Shown: positions 8,718 through 17,105 of the stretch, one piece after another | How the letters are laid out: each line of letters starts with the position of its first letter | How positions within the stretch are numbered: position 1 is the first letter of the stretch | IMG/VR virus record: IMGVR_UViG_3300005805_000335 | Location: 1-29,035 of that record | Source: a virus | Lineage: Duplodnaviria; Caudoviricetes | Length of the DNA stretch: 29,035 bases | Direction: 5' to 3' (one strand) | Notes under the pieces: generated by a model | Told to the model about the DNA's origin: nothing | The model's input: the letters and a program-made list of their open reading frames with translations, nothing else | Databases searched by the model: none | Translations under genes and position numbers: made by a program

Positions 8718-10495
8718 TGGCACATTATCGCATTGCTCGCACTATGCCGAACGGATGGCAAGTGCGGCTGGACATGATAACTTATGACGGCGCATTTGGT
8801 GATACTATCGTACCGTTGCCAGAAGTGGTGTTGCTTGAGATGGGAGAGCTAACCGCAGAGTTTGACTCGCTGCCGTATGGTCTAATGAATCCCGCTACGT
8901 TTTCGTTTCGTCTTATTTGGGATCAGCTACCAAGTGGGGCTGGTTCTATACAGGAATATATTGAACAAGGTTACGACGAGACAAGCCCCGGAATATACAC
9001 TCGTAATACGTGGTATCTCTACACAGACCGCGGCACTAGCGGCGCAACATGGACGCTTGAGTTTGCAGGATGTGAAGACAATGTTGAGGCATTGGAATTG
9101 CAGCCGCTAGATAACGGCATGTTCTCTTACAATGTGGAACTAGTTGATATTGTATACTACTGGCTAAAAACCAAGAGCGGCTATGACATATTCAACGGCA
9201 TAGGAACTCTTGTAGATTCCGACCGTTCAGCATTTCAAGTGCGCTTTGCTACGGGTAGTTTAATCAATAGGCAGCAGGTACAAGAGTTCTGGAGCATTAA
9301 CGCAAGCGCAAAGTTTATTAACATTTACGATGTGCTTGATGCTTATGCAGATAGTGGAGGCGGGTGGAATACGGCGCTATCTCATTCGATTGTAAGCGGC
9401 AATTTTGACTATGGAAACAATCTACGCAAGGTGCTAACACATGCCGTTGACTGGTTTCCCCCTGCTAACCTGACGTCACTGCCTCGTAATGCAGGCAGTA
9501 CTGCGCTTACTAATCAAGAGCTATGGGTAGTGGCTACGATCACACCAAATGGACAGACCACGCCAATAGGAGGCATGCTAGTACAGCAGGATAAGTACGG
9601 CATAGCAAATGCAAACGTCTCGGCATACGACGTCCTGCGTGAACTTTGTGAGCAATCAGGGATTCGTGTTGGTTATCGCTTCGAGGTTAGCGGCAGCGGA
9701 GGCACTACTGCAATACGAGCAATCTTTGACGTTAAGCGTATTACAGAAGGCCGTGACCACGTAAGCAACGTAGACGCTACGCTGTCGTTGTCTAGCGCTC
9801 TTACATACTCAAGCATAACCAAGCGCGGCGATAACATCCTGAAGGCAGAGGTTCGTTTTGAGACAGATAGTGACCGTGACGCTACTGATATTGTCAAGGT
9901 GCAGCGAGGGGCTAGGGCATCGCGAAGCATGAATATAGAACCGATATTGCATAACATGCCCGTGCATATTCAAGACAACAACCCAAGCGATTCATGGCCT
10001 CAATTCAAAGCACCTATAAAGCAGACTAACCAGCTATACGTTCGCGGAAGTTATTACAGCGTATCGCCAAATAACTTTATCAAGGTACACGAAAAGACGC
10101 GAATCAATTACAGCTCATCGCAATACGTAGAAGTTGACCCCGATGGACTGAAGAACCCAGTCAAAGCTACTGATTTTCGCACCAATTCAGCGACGCAGGC
10201 GACCTACTTCTTGCAAATCAATGACTGCCAAGTTAACGGGTGTATCACTGCTGCTTTATGCAACCTACTTTTAACAGTATTTAGCAACGAAAACAACGCT
10301 ATTGTAGAGGTTGAATGGCCTTTGAGCATCAGCAGCAAGGTCATGACGGACTACATAGCCGGTAAATTCGAGCTAACTGACGAAGCAGCGGACAAATTTG
10401 GCAATATCTCATGGGATAAAGCTATGCCAGTCTCAATTTCCGTTGACCTGGTAGGCGCAAAAGCTACGCACAGATACTATATGGTGAGTGCATAA
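8717..10495 (+). CDS. Putative tail tip / baseplate hub protein
   Basis: 592 aa; position in the tail tip block; 'SAYDVLRELCEQSG' resembles hub-protein helices. Confidence 0.55.
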   Translation: MAHYRIARTMPNGWQVRLDMITYDGAFGDTIVPLPEVVLLEMGELTAEFDSLPYGLMNPATFSFRLIWDQLPSGAGSIQEYIEQGYDETSPGIYTRNTWYLYTDRGTSGATWTLEFAGCEDNVEALELQPLDNGMFSYNVELVDIVYYWLKTKSGYDIFNGIGTLVDSDRSAFQVRFATGSLINRQQVQEFWSINASAKFINIYDVLDAYADSGGGWNTALSHSIVSGNFDYGNNLRKVLTHAVDWFPPANLTSLPRNAGSTALTNQELWVVATITPNGQTTPIGGMLVQQDKYGIANANVSAYDVLRELCEQSGIRVGYRFEVSGSGGTTAIRAIFDVKRITEGRDHVSNVDATLSLSSALTYSSITKRGDNILKAEVRFETDSDRDATDIVKVQRGARASRSMNIEPILHNMPVHIQDNNPSDSWPQFKAPIKQTNQLYVRGSYYSVSPNNFIKVHEKTRINYSSSQYVEVDPDGLKNPVKATDFRTNSATQATYFLQINDCQVNGCITAALCNLLLTVFSNENNAIVEVEWPLSISSKVMTDYIAGKFELTDEAADKFGNISWDKAMPVSISVDLVGAKATHRYYMVSA

Positions 10496-11292
10496 TGCCA
10501 ATTAACGACCCAATTAAGAACCGCAAAGTTGCACCAGCATCCTTAGCGTTTGAGCGTGACCAGATGCGGAACGGTGCGATCTTCCAAGTAGGCACAACAC
10601 CTACATCGGTTACGTACCAAGAGACAGTCAACATACGATACGGTGATATAAACCAGCTTTATATCACTAACCAGTATATTCAGACGGACAACGACAAGAT
10701 CATGAAGGCAATGCAGGAATCTGAGCATAGATCGAAGCATTGGGTCAGCGATTACAAGCGTTCGTTTCAGTGGGATATACAGCAGAACCAAGCATATGCG
10801 GTCAACGCATGGCAGATACTAGCTTTTAACAACGAAGTGCTGCGTGCTATTGGCTGCTCTAATGGAGGCGTGGTAGCTGACGGCTCTGCCTACTGGCAAT
10901 ATCGATGCCCAGAGGATGCGGCTGGTATCTACTGGGTATATTCGCATATAAATTTCCAGTATGCTAATAACGCAAACATCACCAGTTCAAAGCTTGCACT
11001 ATTTTTGAACGGTTCTTTGTATCGTCTTGTGGACAACGTAGACAATAACATGATGGGCGCAAACAAGATTATTGATACTCGCATGAGTGGAGGCGCTCAC
11101 ATACCAATGAGGGCTGGCGACGTGCTTACGATACGCTTCTACGCTAAAGATAGCTTGGCTGGTATCGACGTTGCTCTATATCCTACTTCTGTTTACGGCT
11201 ATGTGACTGGACACCGCGAGAACTGCGACAATATCGACATTAAAAACAACCCAGTAACGGGAATGCTTTACACTTTCAATCATGACCAATGA
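10495..11292 (+). CDS. Putative receptor-binding protein with a C1q/TNF-like C-terminal domain
   Basis: 'ILAFNNEV...YRCPEDAAGIYWVYSHINF...LFLNG...SGGAHIPMRAGDVLTIRF' follows the C1q/BclA-CTD strand pattern. Confidence 0.55.
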   Translation: MPINDPIKNRKVAPASLAFERDQMRNGAIFQVGTTPTSVTYQETVNIRYGDINQLYITNQYIQTDNDKIMKAMQESEHRSKHWVSDYKRSFQWDIQQNQAYAVNAWQILAFNNEVLRAIGCSNGGVVADGSAYWQYRCPEDAAGIYWVYSHINFQYANNANITSSKLALFLNGSLYRLVDNVDNNMMGANKIIDTRMSGGAHIPMRAGDVLTIRFYAKDSLAGIDVALYPTSVYGYVTGHRENCDNIDIKNNPVTGMLYTFNHDQ

Positions 11293-11828
11293 GCTGCTTA
11301 CCAAACACACCTATTGCGCCTAATCTCTTAAGCGCTACTAATTCAACAGATCTTGGCTGGATAGACCTAACCAGCGTATCAACAAGTGCGTTGTCGCAAT
11401 ACTATCCTGTATCAACAACGGTAATCACGTTTGAAGGTACAGCCAATACGACTAATCAGCACATGATCCTGCGACAGCTTGAGATTGAAGAGACTGCCAG
11501 CAGCAGCGCCAATATTAAGAAAGCTCCGCTGCATGTTTACCTATACACGAACAGCAGTCCGGGCGCTCCTACTGCGGGTGCAGTATACAACGGCAGCGTG
11601 ACTAACCTAGTCGCGGTCGTGCCGGTAGCGCAGGCGGACTACGTGCGTGTATCAGATACGGTATGGGTAGCTCGCGTCAATCCTGCTCGTTATTATCGTA
11701 CCGGCATTGGATCGACGGCTGGCTTTTTGTACGGCGTGGTGATCTCTAACGATGCGTCCACGCTTACCTATGCTGCATCATCAGCGATCCGTGTTAAGGT
11801 AATCACAGAAGCAGGTACAGCACTATGA
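11289..11828 (+). CDS. Putative virion protein, Ser/Thr-rich
   Basis: 179 aa beta-rich ORF, ATGA-coupled to the tail tip block; about 23% S+T by hand count. Confidence 0.5.
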   Translation: MSCLPNTPIAPNLLSATNSTDLGWIDLTSVSTSALSQYYPVSTTVITFEGTANTTNQHMILRQLEIEETASSSANIKKAPLHVYLYTNSSPGAPTAGAVYNGSVTNLVAVVPVAQADYVRVSDTVWVARVNPARYYRTGIGSTAGFLYGVVISNDASTLTYAASSAIRVKVITEAGTAL

Positions 11829-11965
11829 TAGACGTTGACGAACTGATACAGCAGCTAACGGTCATAGCATACGATGACATCCCGCCTGTGCGTAGATACC
11901 AGATACTGCATGTTATCGCATATCTAGAAAGCTGGGCAAAAGAACACCATGTAAAGGCCAATTAA
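11825..11965 (+). CDS. Small hypothetical protein (46 aa, not in the ORF track)
   Basis: MIDVDELIQQLTVIAYDDIPPVRRYQILHVIAYLESWAKEHHVKAN; ATGA overlap upstream and TAATG overlap downstream fill the gap exactly. Confidence 0.7.
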   Translation: MIDVDELIQQLTVIAYDDIPPVRRYQILHVIAYLESWAKEHHVKAN

Positions 11966-12936
11966 TGGGCAATAAACCAGTCCGGCTAACTGACGAAGAA
12001 TACGAAGCGGTTGCAGCTATGCGGGCCGCTAGGTTGAAAGCACACAAGAACAACACGCCAAACTACCAGAGCGGTATTGCTAGGGCTGAAAACATCGATT
12101 CAGTACCAGCAGAGCGCGGTATAGTATTTGGCGAAGATGTGCAGAGCGTTGAGCCGCTTGCGGGTGAGCTACGCGAGGATCAGATAACAGACTTATCGCT
12201 AGCCAATAAGATAGGCGTAATATCAGATGCTCACTGGCCTTTTCACGATCTGCGTAGAGAGCCAGACGGATCGTACAGTGGTGCTTATTTGACTGCTATC
12301 GAATGGCTGCGTAACTGTGCTGTTGATACTGTCCTGCTTAATGGCGATATGATGGATTGTTACAACCTGTCATCGCATGAAAAGGTAGAGAACAACAGGT
12401 CATGGAAGTGGGAACTGGATGCTGCTCGTACTATGGTTAAGCATTTACGTGATTTCTTCGGCGATAAGGTGCGTATAATCTATCGCGAGGGTAATCACGA
12501 GGAACGGCTCAAGCGTTACCTAGCACAGAAGGCCAAAGAGTTAGAAGGCACGATTGTATTAGAAGAGATGCTGGGCTTGCATGAGCAGGGCATAGAGTGG
12601 GTAGATGAGCGGGCAAAGGTGAAAGCCGGCAAGCTATGGATAGATCACGGTCACGAATGGTTCGGTGGTGGTGGTGTTAATCCAGCACGTAATTACCGAA
12701 TGAAAGCCGTTGACAATGTGATGGTAGGGCACGTACATAAAACGTCCACAGACCTATTTCGCAGGCCTCTAGACGGCACTTTCATAGCAGGGTGGTCTGT
12801 TGGGTGCCTGTGCGATTTAAATCCACGCTACGCGCCTAGAAACAACTGGAATCACGGCGTAGCATTGGTAGAGCTAGAAGCGCAGGGTAATTTTACCGTT
12901 CACAACAAAGTAATCCTGCAAGGGGTAGTCCGATGA
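11965..12936 (+). CDS. Calcineurin-like metallophosphoesterase
   Basis: Motifs SDAH, NGDMMD, GNHE, HGH and GHVH in the correct order. Confidence 0.9.
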   Translation: MGNKPVRLTDEEYEAVAAMRAARLKAHKNNTPNYQSGIARAENIDSVPAERGIVFGEDVQSVEPLAGELREDQITDLSLANKIGVISDAHWPFHDLRREPDGSYSGAYLTAIEWLRNCAVDTVLLNGDMMDCYNLSSHEKVENNRSWKWELDAARTMVKHLRDFFGDKVRIIYREGNHEERLKRYLAQKAKELEGTIVLEEMLGLHEQGIEWVDERAKVKAGKLWIDHGHEWFGGGGVNPARNYRMKAVDNVMVGHVHKTSTDLFRRPLDGTFIAGWSVGCLCDLNPRYAPRNNWNHGVALVELEAQGNFTVHNKVILQGVVR

Positions 12937-13328
12937 CGCCAACATCTTTTAAGCTCGGCGGCAATACGTGGCGTGTGAAGCTGCAAAAGGCGATTGTCGT
13001 GGTTACACCTGCTGGCGAAGTGCAGCACTTGTACGGCGAATGCAATATAGATACGTACACGATCAGGATTGCTAGGACTGTTGAGGGCAAGCCGTGCACA
13101 GCCGATACGATGACGCAGACGTTTATTCATGAATTCATACACGCGGCACTTTATACGATCGGGAGAAAATTTGATGATGAAGAACTTGTTGTTGGCCTTG
13201 AGAACATGGTCTGGCAGTATCTCAAAACAGCTAAACACTCCAAAGCAGGAGCAGCCAAGCGAGTACAGTTGGATGCAAATCGCACAAAAGGAGCTAGGGC
13301 AGGCCGAAATAGCAGGCGCAAAGCATAA
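12933..13328 (+). CDS. Small HEXXH zincin-like protein
   Basis: 'YGEC...IRI...TFIHEFIHA...DEE' gives HEXXH plus a downstream Glu. Confidence 0.65.
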   Translation: MTPTSFKLGGNTWRVKLQKAIVVVTPAGEVQHLYGECNIDTYTIRIARTVEGKPCTADTMTQTFIHEFIHAALYTIGRKFDDEELVVGLENMVWQYLKTAKHSKAGAAKRVQLDANRTKGARAGRNSRRKA

Positions 13329-13704
13329 CAAGCGCATCGTTGAGTACCACCAGCGCACGACTTTGAAGGCAAAGGATGACGAAACGCCATGGTGCTCGTC
13401 TTTTGTCAACTGGTGCGTAGGCAATGCTGGATATACGGTTACTGGATCAGCCGCAGCGAAATCGTGGGCTAAATATGGGCAGTCATGCAAGCCGCATGAA
13501 GGGTGCATTGTAGTGATGACCCGTACTGGGGGCGGTCATGTTGGCTTTTACGTGCGCGAAACTGCCAAATACGTCTATGTACTAGGCGGTAACCAGTCAA
13601 ACAAGGTAAGCGTTGCGGGATTTGACAAGGGGCGCATCATTGCATACCGTTTGCCAAGTGAGCTGAACGTGCCTGATGCTATGGTTTACGACGCCAAAGT
13701 GTAG
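13174..13704 (+). CDS. TIGR02594-family NlpC/P60/CHAP-like peptidoglycan hydrolase (probable endolysin)
   Basis: 'WMQIAQKELG..E', 'DDETPWCSSFVNW', 'GGGHVGF' and 'VLGGNQSNKV'. Start placed at ATG 13174 because GGGAG lies 8 nt upstream. Confidence 0.85.
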   Translation: MMKNLLLALRTWSGSISKQLNTPKQEQPSEYSWMQIAQKELGQAEIAGAKHNKRIVEYHQRTTLKAKDDETPWCSSFVNWCVGNAGYTVTGSAAAKSWAKYGQSCKPHEGCIVVMTRTGGGHVGFYVRETAKYVYVLGGNQSNKVSVAGFDKGRIIAYRLPSELNVPDAMVYDAKV

Positions 13705-13734
13705 AAAAAAACACGATTTTTCGACATATCCGAG

Positions 13735-13762
13735 AAAAGTGCAATTTTTTTGCACTTTTTTT
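13735..13762. terminator. Probable bidirectional intrinsic terminator ending the late operon
   Basis: Perfect inverted repeat AAAAGTGCAA-TTTTT-TTGCACTTTT with an A-run before and a T-run after. Confidence 0.7.
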
Positions 13763-13772
13763 CATTTGCCTA

Positions 13773-13802
13773 TTGTGTAGACGAAATGTCGACGTATATT
13801 TG
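13773..13802 (+). promoter_or_regulatory. Bacteroidota-type housekeeping promoter (-33 TTG, -7 TAnnTTTG)
   Basis: TTG (13773-75), 19-nt spacer, TATATTTG (13795-13802), in the intergenic gap that opens the early gene block. Confidence 0.7.
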
Positions 13803-13839
13803 TGACGTAATCAATTACTCACTTAACAAGGGCACGGCA

Positions 13840-14052
13840 ATGAACAACTTTAATATCAACGATCGCGTACTTGCAGTAGATGCACACGGATTGCAAAACT
13901 GCCTTACTTGGGAATTAGGTACTGGTATCGTAACAGATACAGAATGGATTGAGGAAGAAGCTGGTCGTAAGGTTCGCAAAGTAGAAGTATACTGGACTGG
14001 AAAAGAATGCACTGGATCGTGGGACGTTGAATATCTTACAATAGCAAACTAA
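13840..14052 (+). CDS. Hypothetical protein, possible SH3/Tudor-like barrel (start revised to ATG 13840)
   Basis: AAGGG ribosome-binding site before the ATG; 'FNINDRV...GIVTD...VEVYW...EYL' strand pattern. Confidence 0.6.
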   Translation: MNNFNINDRVLAVDAHGLQNCLTWELGTGIVTDTEWIEEEAGRKVRKVEVYWTGKECTGSWDVEYLTIAN

Positions 14053-14112
14053 ACAAACCACGGGGCGCAGCATCCTACACTGCATTCATTCACTTTTCAC
14101 AAGGGTAGTATC

Positions 14113-14334
14113 ATGAACATCGGCATAGAATTCACGACAACACGCAGCGCAGACGGAAAGACGTACTGGCGCGTGGCTCCTTACTTGAGCGCATCGTATC
14201 GCCAGAAGCTGTATATCGTTGGCGTTGGCCTTATCGCTCTGCTTGCTATCACGCTGTCAGCATTGGCAGTAGCTGCAACACCTGATCCGATTATCAAACC
14301 AGAACAGACAGTAACATTATGGGGGTCGAGATGA
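14113..14334 (+). CDS. Small membrane protein
   Basis: One hydrophobic stretch 'LYIVGVGLIALLAITLSALAVAA'; AAGGG upstream. Confidence 0.65.
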   Translation: MNIGIEFTTTRSADGKTYWRVAPYLSASYRQKLYIVGVGLIALLAITLSALAVAATPDPIIKPEQTVTLWGSR

Positions 14335-14579
14335 GCATTGAAAACATTAACTGGGATAAAACAGGCGGGCCAGCATTCCCAGCTACATTTGATGATTGTT
14401 CAAATGATGTATACATTCATGGCATGTCATTACGCGATTGGTTTGCAGGGCAGGCATTAGCAGGGCTGATAGGTAAGCTAGGGTCTGACAAAGAGTGGCA
14501 TTTGTTAGGTGATTATTGTTATCATGCCGCTGATAAATTGATAGCAGCGCGCAATCAAGCCAAAGGAGAGCAGCCATGA
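14331..14579 (+). CDS. Conserved phage hypothetical protein (GGPAFP...GMSLRDWFA type)
   Basis: Recurrent phage motif GGPAFP / GMSLRDWFAGQAL; ATGA overlap at 14331. Confidence 0.75.
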   Translation: MSIENINWDKTGGPAFPATFDDCSNDVYIHGMSLRDWFAGQALAGLIGKLGSDKEWHLLGDYCYHAADKLIAARNQAKGEQP

Positions 14580-15001
14580 GTAAAGAAAAAACAGGCGGTC
14601 ATTGGAAGAACCGAAGAAGAGCAATCATAGGTATGCACGATACGTATAAACTTCAAATGGTTGTTGAGGATCAGATTATGTCTAAATCTTCGGAATGGAT
14701 AACAGATAGATTGCCTACAAAACAAGAGGCAGTAAGTGGCAATGTTATATGTTGTCGATGGGGGCACATTAACCTACTGCAATGGTATAAGATTGAAGCA
14801 GGCGAGCCGTGGATGCCAATTCCGAAACCAGATATGTATGTCAAACCAAAACGATGGACGGTAAAGTGGGGCGGTGATGATGCTGACTTTTTTGCTCTGT
14901 TCGATTCAGGTAAGTTTTCTTATTACTTGCCAATGTTGTTTCGCGAACACGCAGACGCTGCCCAACGTATCGCAGACATCTACAACGAGGTGATGCCATG
15001 A
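14576..15001 (+). CDS. Hypothetical protein with a DUF551-like segment
   Basis: 'EWITDRLP...WMPIPKP' pattern. Confidence 0.55.
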   Translation: MSKEKTGGHWKNRRRAIIGMHDTYKLQMVVEDQIMSKSSEWITDRLPTKQEAVSGNVICCRWGHINLLQWYKIEAGEPWMPIPKPDMYVKPKRWTVKWGGDDADFFALFDSGKFSYYLPMLFREHADAAQRIADIYNEVMP

Positions 15002-15222
15002 GCATGACAAAGCGATATTTGCACCTGATTGAAGAACAAACAAAACGCACTAAACATACTTACGAATGGTGGGAAGATGAAGCACATTACAGCGCACAAG
15101 ATGATCCGTTTGCCGGCGAATATCCATCGTCTCTTATTACAGGACGCCAAAGCAAACAACAGGAGCGCACAGAAACAACTAACACATCTACTAATACAGC
15201 ATTACAAGGGGACACGCAATGA
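14998..15222 (+). CDS. Hypothetical protein (74 aa)
   Basis: ATGA-coupled at both ends to its neighbours, with GAGGTG upstream; overlapped by 15077..15256. Confidence 0.5.
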   Translation: MSMTKRYLHLIEEQTKRTKHTYEWWEDEAHYSAQDDPFAGEYPSSLITGRQSKQQERTETTNTSTNTALQGDTQ

Positions 15223-15256
15223 TTTTCCGAGAGAGCAAGCAGACGTTTACGAGTAG
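15077..15256 (+). CDS. Arc-like ribbon-helix-helix DNA-binding protein
   Basis: 'KMIRLPANIHRLLLQDAKANNRSAQKQLTHLL' matches the Arc/Mnt pattern RLP..l...l...A..n.RS...e/q...l. Confidence 0.65.
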   Translation: MKHITAHKMIRLPANIHRLLLQDAKANNRSAQKQLTHLLIQHYKGTRNDFPREQADVYE

Positions 15257-15743
15257 CAGCGGCGCGGCATATAAGCTCGCTGATCTTATGAATCAAATGA
15301 TGCACACGAACGATCCCGAAGTTGTTGCAATGTTTGAAGATGCGATCGAAGAAGCGGGCGAGAACTTCCGTGAGTATATTGTGCAGGCAATGGACATCGC
15401 GGCAAATCTCAAGATGTCAGCGGAGGCGATCAAGTTAGAGCAGGAACGCTTGCACAATCTGCGTAACGAGCGGCTGACAAGGGCAGAACGCCTTGAGAAC
15501 GCAGTCAAGCGCTATATGGAAATGGTAGACGTGAAAGAAGTGGTCACCGATCTATACACGCTCAAGCTACGCAAGAACCCGCCGAAGGTAGAGATACTCG
15601 AGGAGGTGGTAGTGCCAAGCGAATACAAGGTAGAAAAGGTATCATTTTCAATAGATAAGAAAGCAATAGCCGATGCGCTCAAGAACGGCGTGCCGGTAGA
15701 TGGAGCAAGGTTAATCAACACTACAAGGTTGGAGGTAAAATGA
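15219..15743 (+). CDS. Siphovirus Gp157-family protein
   Basis: Coiled coil followed by 'LRKNPPKVEI...VPSEY...IDKKAIADALKNGVPVDGARL'. Confidence 0.88.
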   Translation: MIFRESKQTFTSSSGAAYKLADLMNQMMHTNDPEVVAMFEDAIEEAGENFREYIVQAMDIAANLKMSAEAIKLEQERLHNLRNERLTRAERLENAVKRYMEMVDVKEVVTDLYTLKLRKNPPKVEILEEVVVPSEYKVEKVSFSIDKKAIADALKNGVPVDGARLINTTRLEVK

Positions 15744-16486
15744 GCCAAGCAATTACAGCGACTAATACGGCGGTCGCAGCATCTATTAACGAGTCGCAGG
15801 CGGCAGCGTTATTCGAGACGCTGGTAGTTAACGGCGATCTGTCTGCAATGTCGCAAGAACAGCGCATCCAGTATTACAAGCTGGTATGCGAGCGTGTGGG
15901 ATTAGACCCATATCAGAAGCCGTTTGACCTAATCAAGCTATCTGGCAAGCTCACGCTGTACGCAAACAAGACATGCACAGCGCAGCTAACGTCAATTCGC
16001 GGTTTGCGTGTGGCTATTGTAGCGCGGGAGGTCATCGGCGATCAGTATGTAGTAACGGCGCGATGCGAAACACCAACGGGCAGCTATTCCGAGGACATAG
16101 GAGCTGTTACGATTGGCGGAATGCGGGGCGATGCTGCATCTAATGCCATGAAGAAAGCAGCAACACAGGCAAAGCGACGCGCGATCTTGAGTGCCTGCGG
16201 TCTCGGTATGCTGGACGAAGAGGAAGTTGTGCAAGTACAAGGCGCAGAACGTATCGAACTGCCGCCTATAAAGCCCGCCACGACGCCAGAGCAGGACGAA
16301 GCTATATCTGAGTGGTTGGCAGCAATCGACGCAGCTACGGGCGCGGAGGAGCTTACAGCGATTGTCATGGAGATGAAGACGCTTGATGATAATATCAAGT
16401 CAGCTATCCGCGATTACGTGGCACAGCGTGCAAAGGAACTCGGGCTAGTATGGAAAGCAGGACTATATCACGAGGTGCAGCGATGA
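15740..16486 (+). CDS. Putative single-strand annealing protein (Red-beta/RecT/Rad52 superfamily)
   Basis: 'CERVGLDPYQK' and 'NAMKKAATQAKRRAILSACGLG' motifs with a small helical C-terminal domain; adjacent to Gp157. Confidence 0.65.
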   Translation: MSQAITATNTAVAASINESQAAALFETLVVNGDLSAMSQEQRIQYYKLVCERVGLDPYQKPFDLIKLSGKLTLYANKTCTAQLTSIRGLRVAIVAREVIGDQYVVTARCETPTGSYSEDIGAVTIGGMRGDAASNAMKKAATQAKRRAILSACGLGMLDEEEVVQVQGAERIELPPIKPATTPEQDEAISEWLAAIDAATGAEELTAIVMEMKTLDDNIKSAIRDYVAQRAKELGLVWKAGLYHEVQR

Positions 16487-16698
16487 GAAAGCTAGGAACA
16501 TGGAAACAGCCGAGCGGATTCTATTCGGTGGTCGATCTTGACGCTGACTTTTGCGTTGCTGACTGCCTACCGACGATGCAGCTTGCAAACCAGATCATGC
16601 GATTGCTAAATGATGCTTACGAAGACTGCGAAGAAAACAACCCAGCGCTTGTAATGCTGGAAAAACTAACCTACAAACCAGAAGAGGGGGCACAATAA
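16483..16698 (+). CDS. Hypothetical protein (start revised to ATG 16483)
   Basis: GAGGTG upstream and ATGA/TAATG overlaps. Confidence 0.6.
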   Translation: MRKLGTWKQPSGFYSVVDLDADFCVADCLPTMQLANQIMRLLNDAYEDCEENNPALVMLEKLTYKPEEGAQ

Positions 16699-17102
16699 TG
16701 GGACTGAAATCATTTTTACGGCGCTGGCTAGGTATTGAGCCGGCACAAACGACGGTAAAAAAGACGGTAGGCAGGGCATATCAGCGGCCGATACCTATTC
16801 CAGTCAAAAGCAATTTGTTAAAAATCAATCCGGTTATCGATTTCTATAATAAGTGCGGAGGTTACGAAACGCTAAGAGTTGTAGAATCAGTCAATAAGAA
16901 AAGTGACTGGGTGTGGGTGTCAACACACGGGCGAGATTGGCGTATAATTGTTAAAACCACCGCAGATATTAGCAGTGGCAATTACAGAAAAACAAAAGTA
17001 TTTGTTAATGCCAATGAAGCAAATTCATTTAAGAGGAAATTTTTAGCTCACCACGAGCGCATGAAAGCAAAGGCCGCAAAGGGCGGTCTTAACTACAACT
17101 AA
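16698..17102 (+). CDS. Basic hypothetical protein
   Basis: 134 aa ORF, TAATG-coupled, GAGGGGG upstream. Confidence 0.6.
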   Translation: MGLKSFLRRWLGIEPAQTTVKKTVGRAYQRPIPIPVKSNLLKINPVIDFYNKCGGYETLRVVESVNKKSDWVWVSTHGRDWRIIVKTTADISSGNYRKTKVFVNANEANSFKRKFLAHHERMKAKAAKGGLNYN

Positions 17103-17105
17103 CTA

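Noticed and set aside
12900-13508. 202 aa minus-strand ORF
   Set aside because: Lies opposite two motif-bearing + strand genes and has no supporting features.
13750-13839. ORF-track start at TTG 13750
   Set aside because: This stretch is terminator and promoter DNA; ATG 13840 has a ribosome-binding site.
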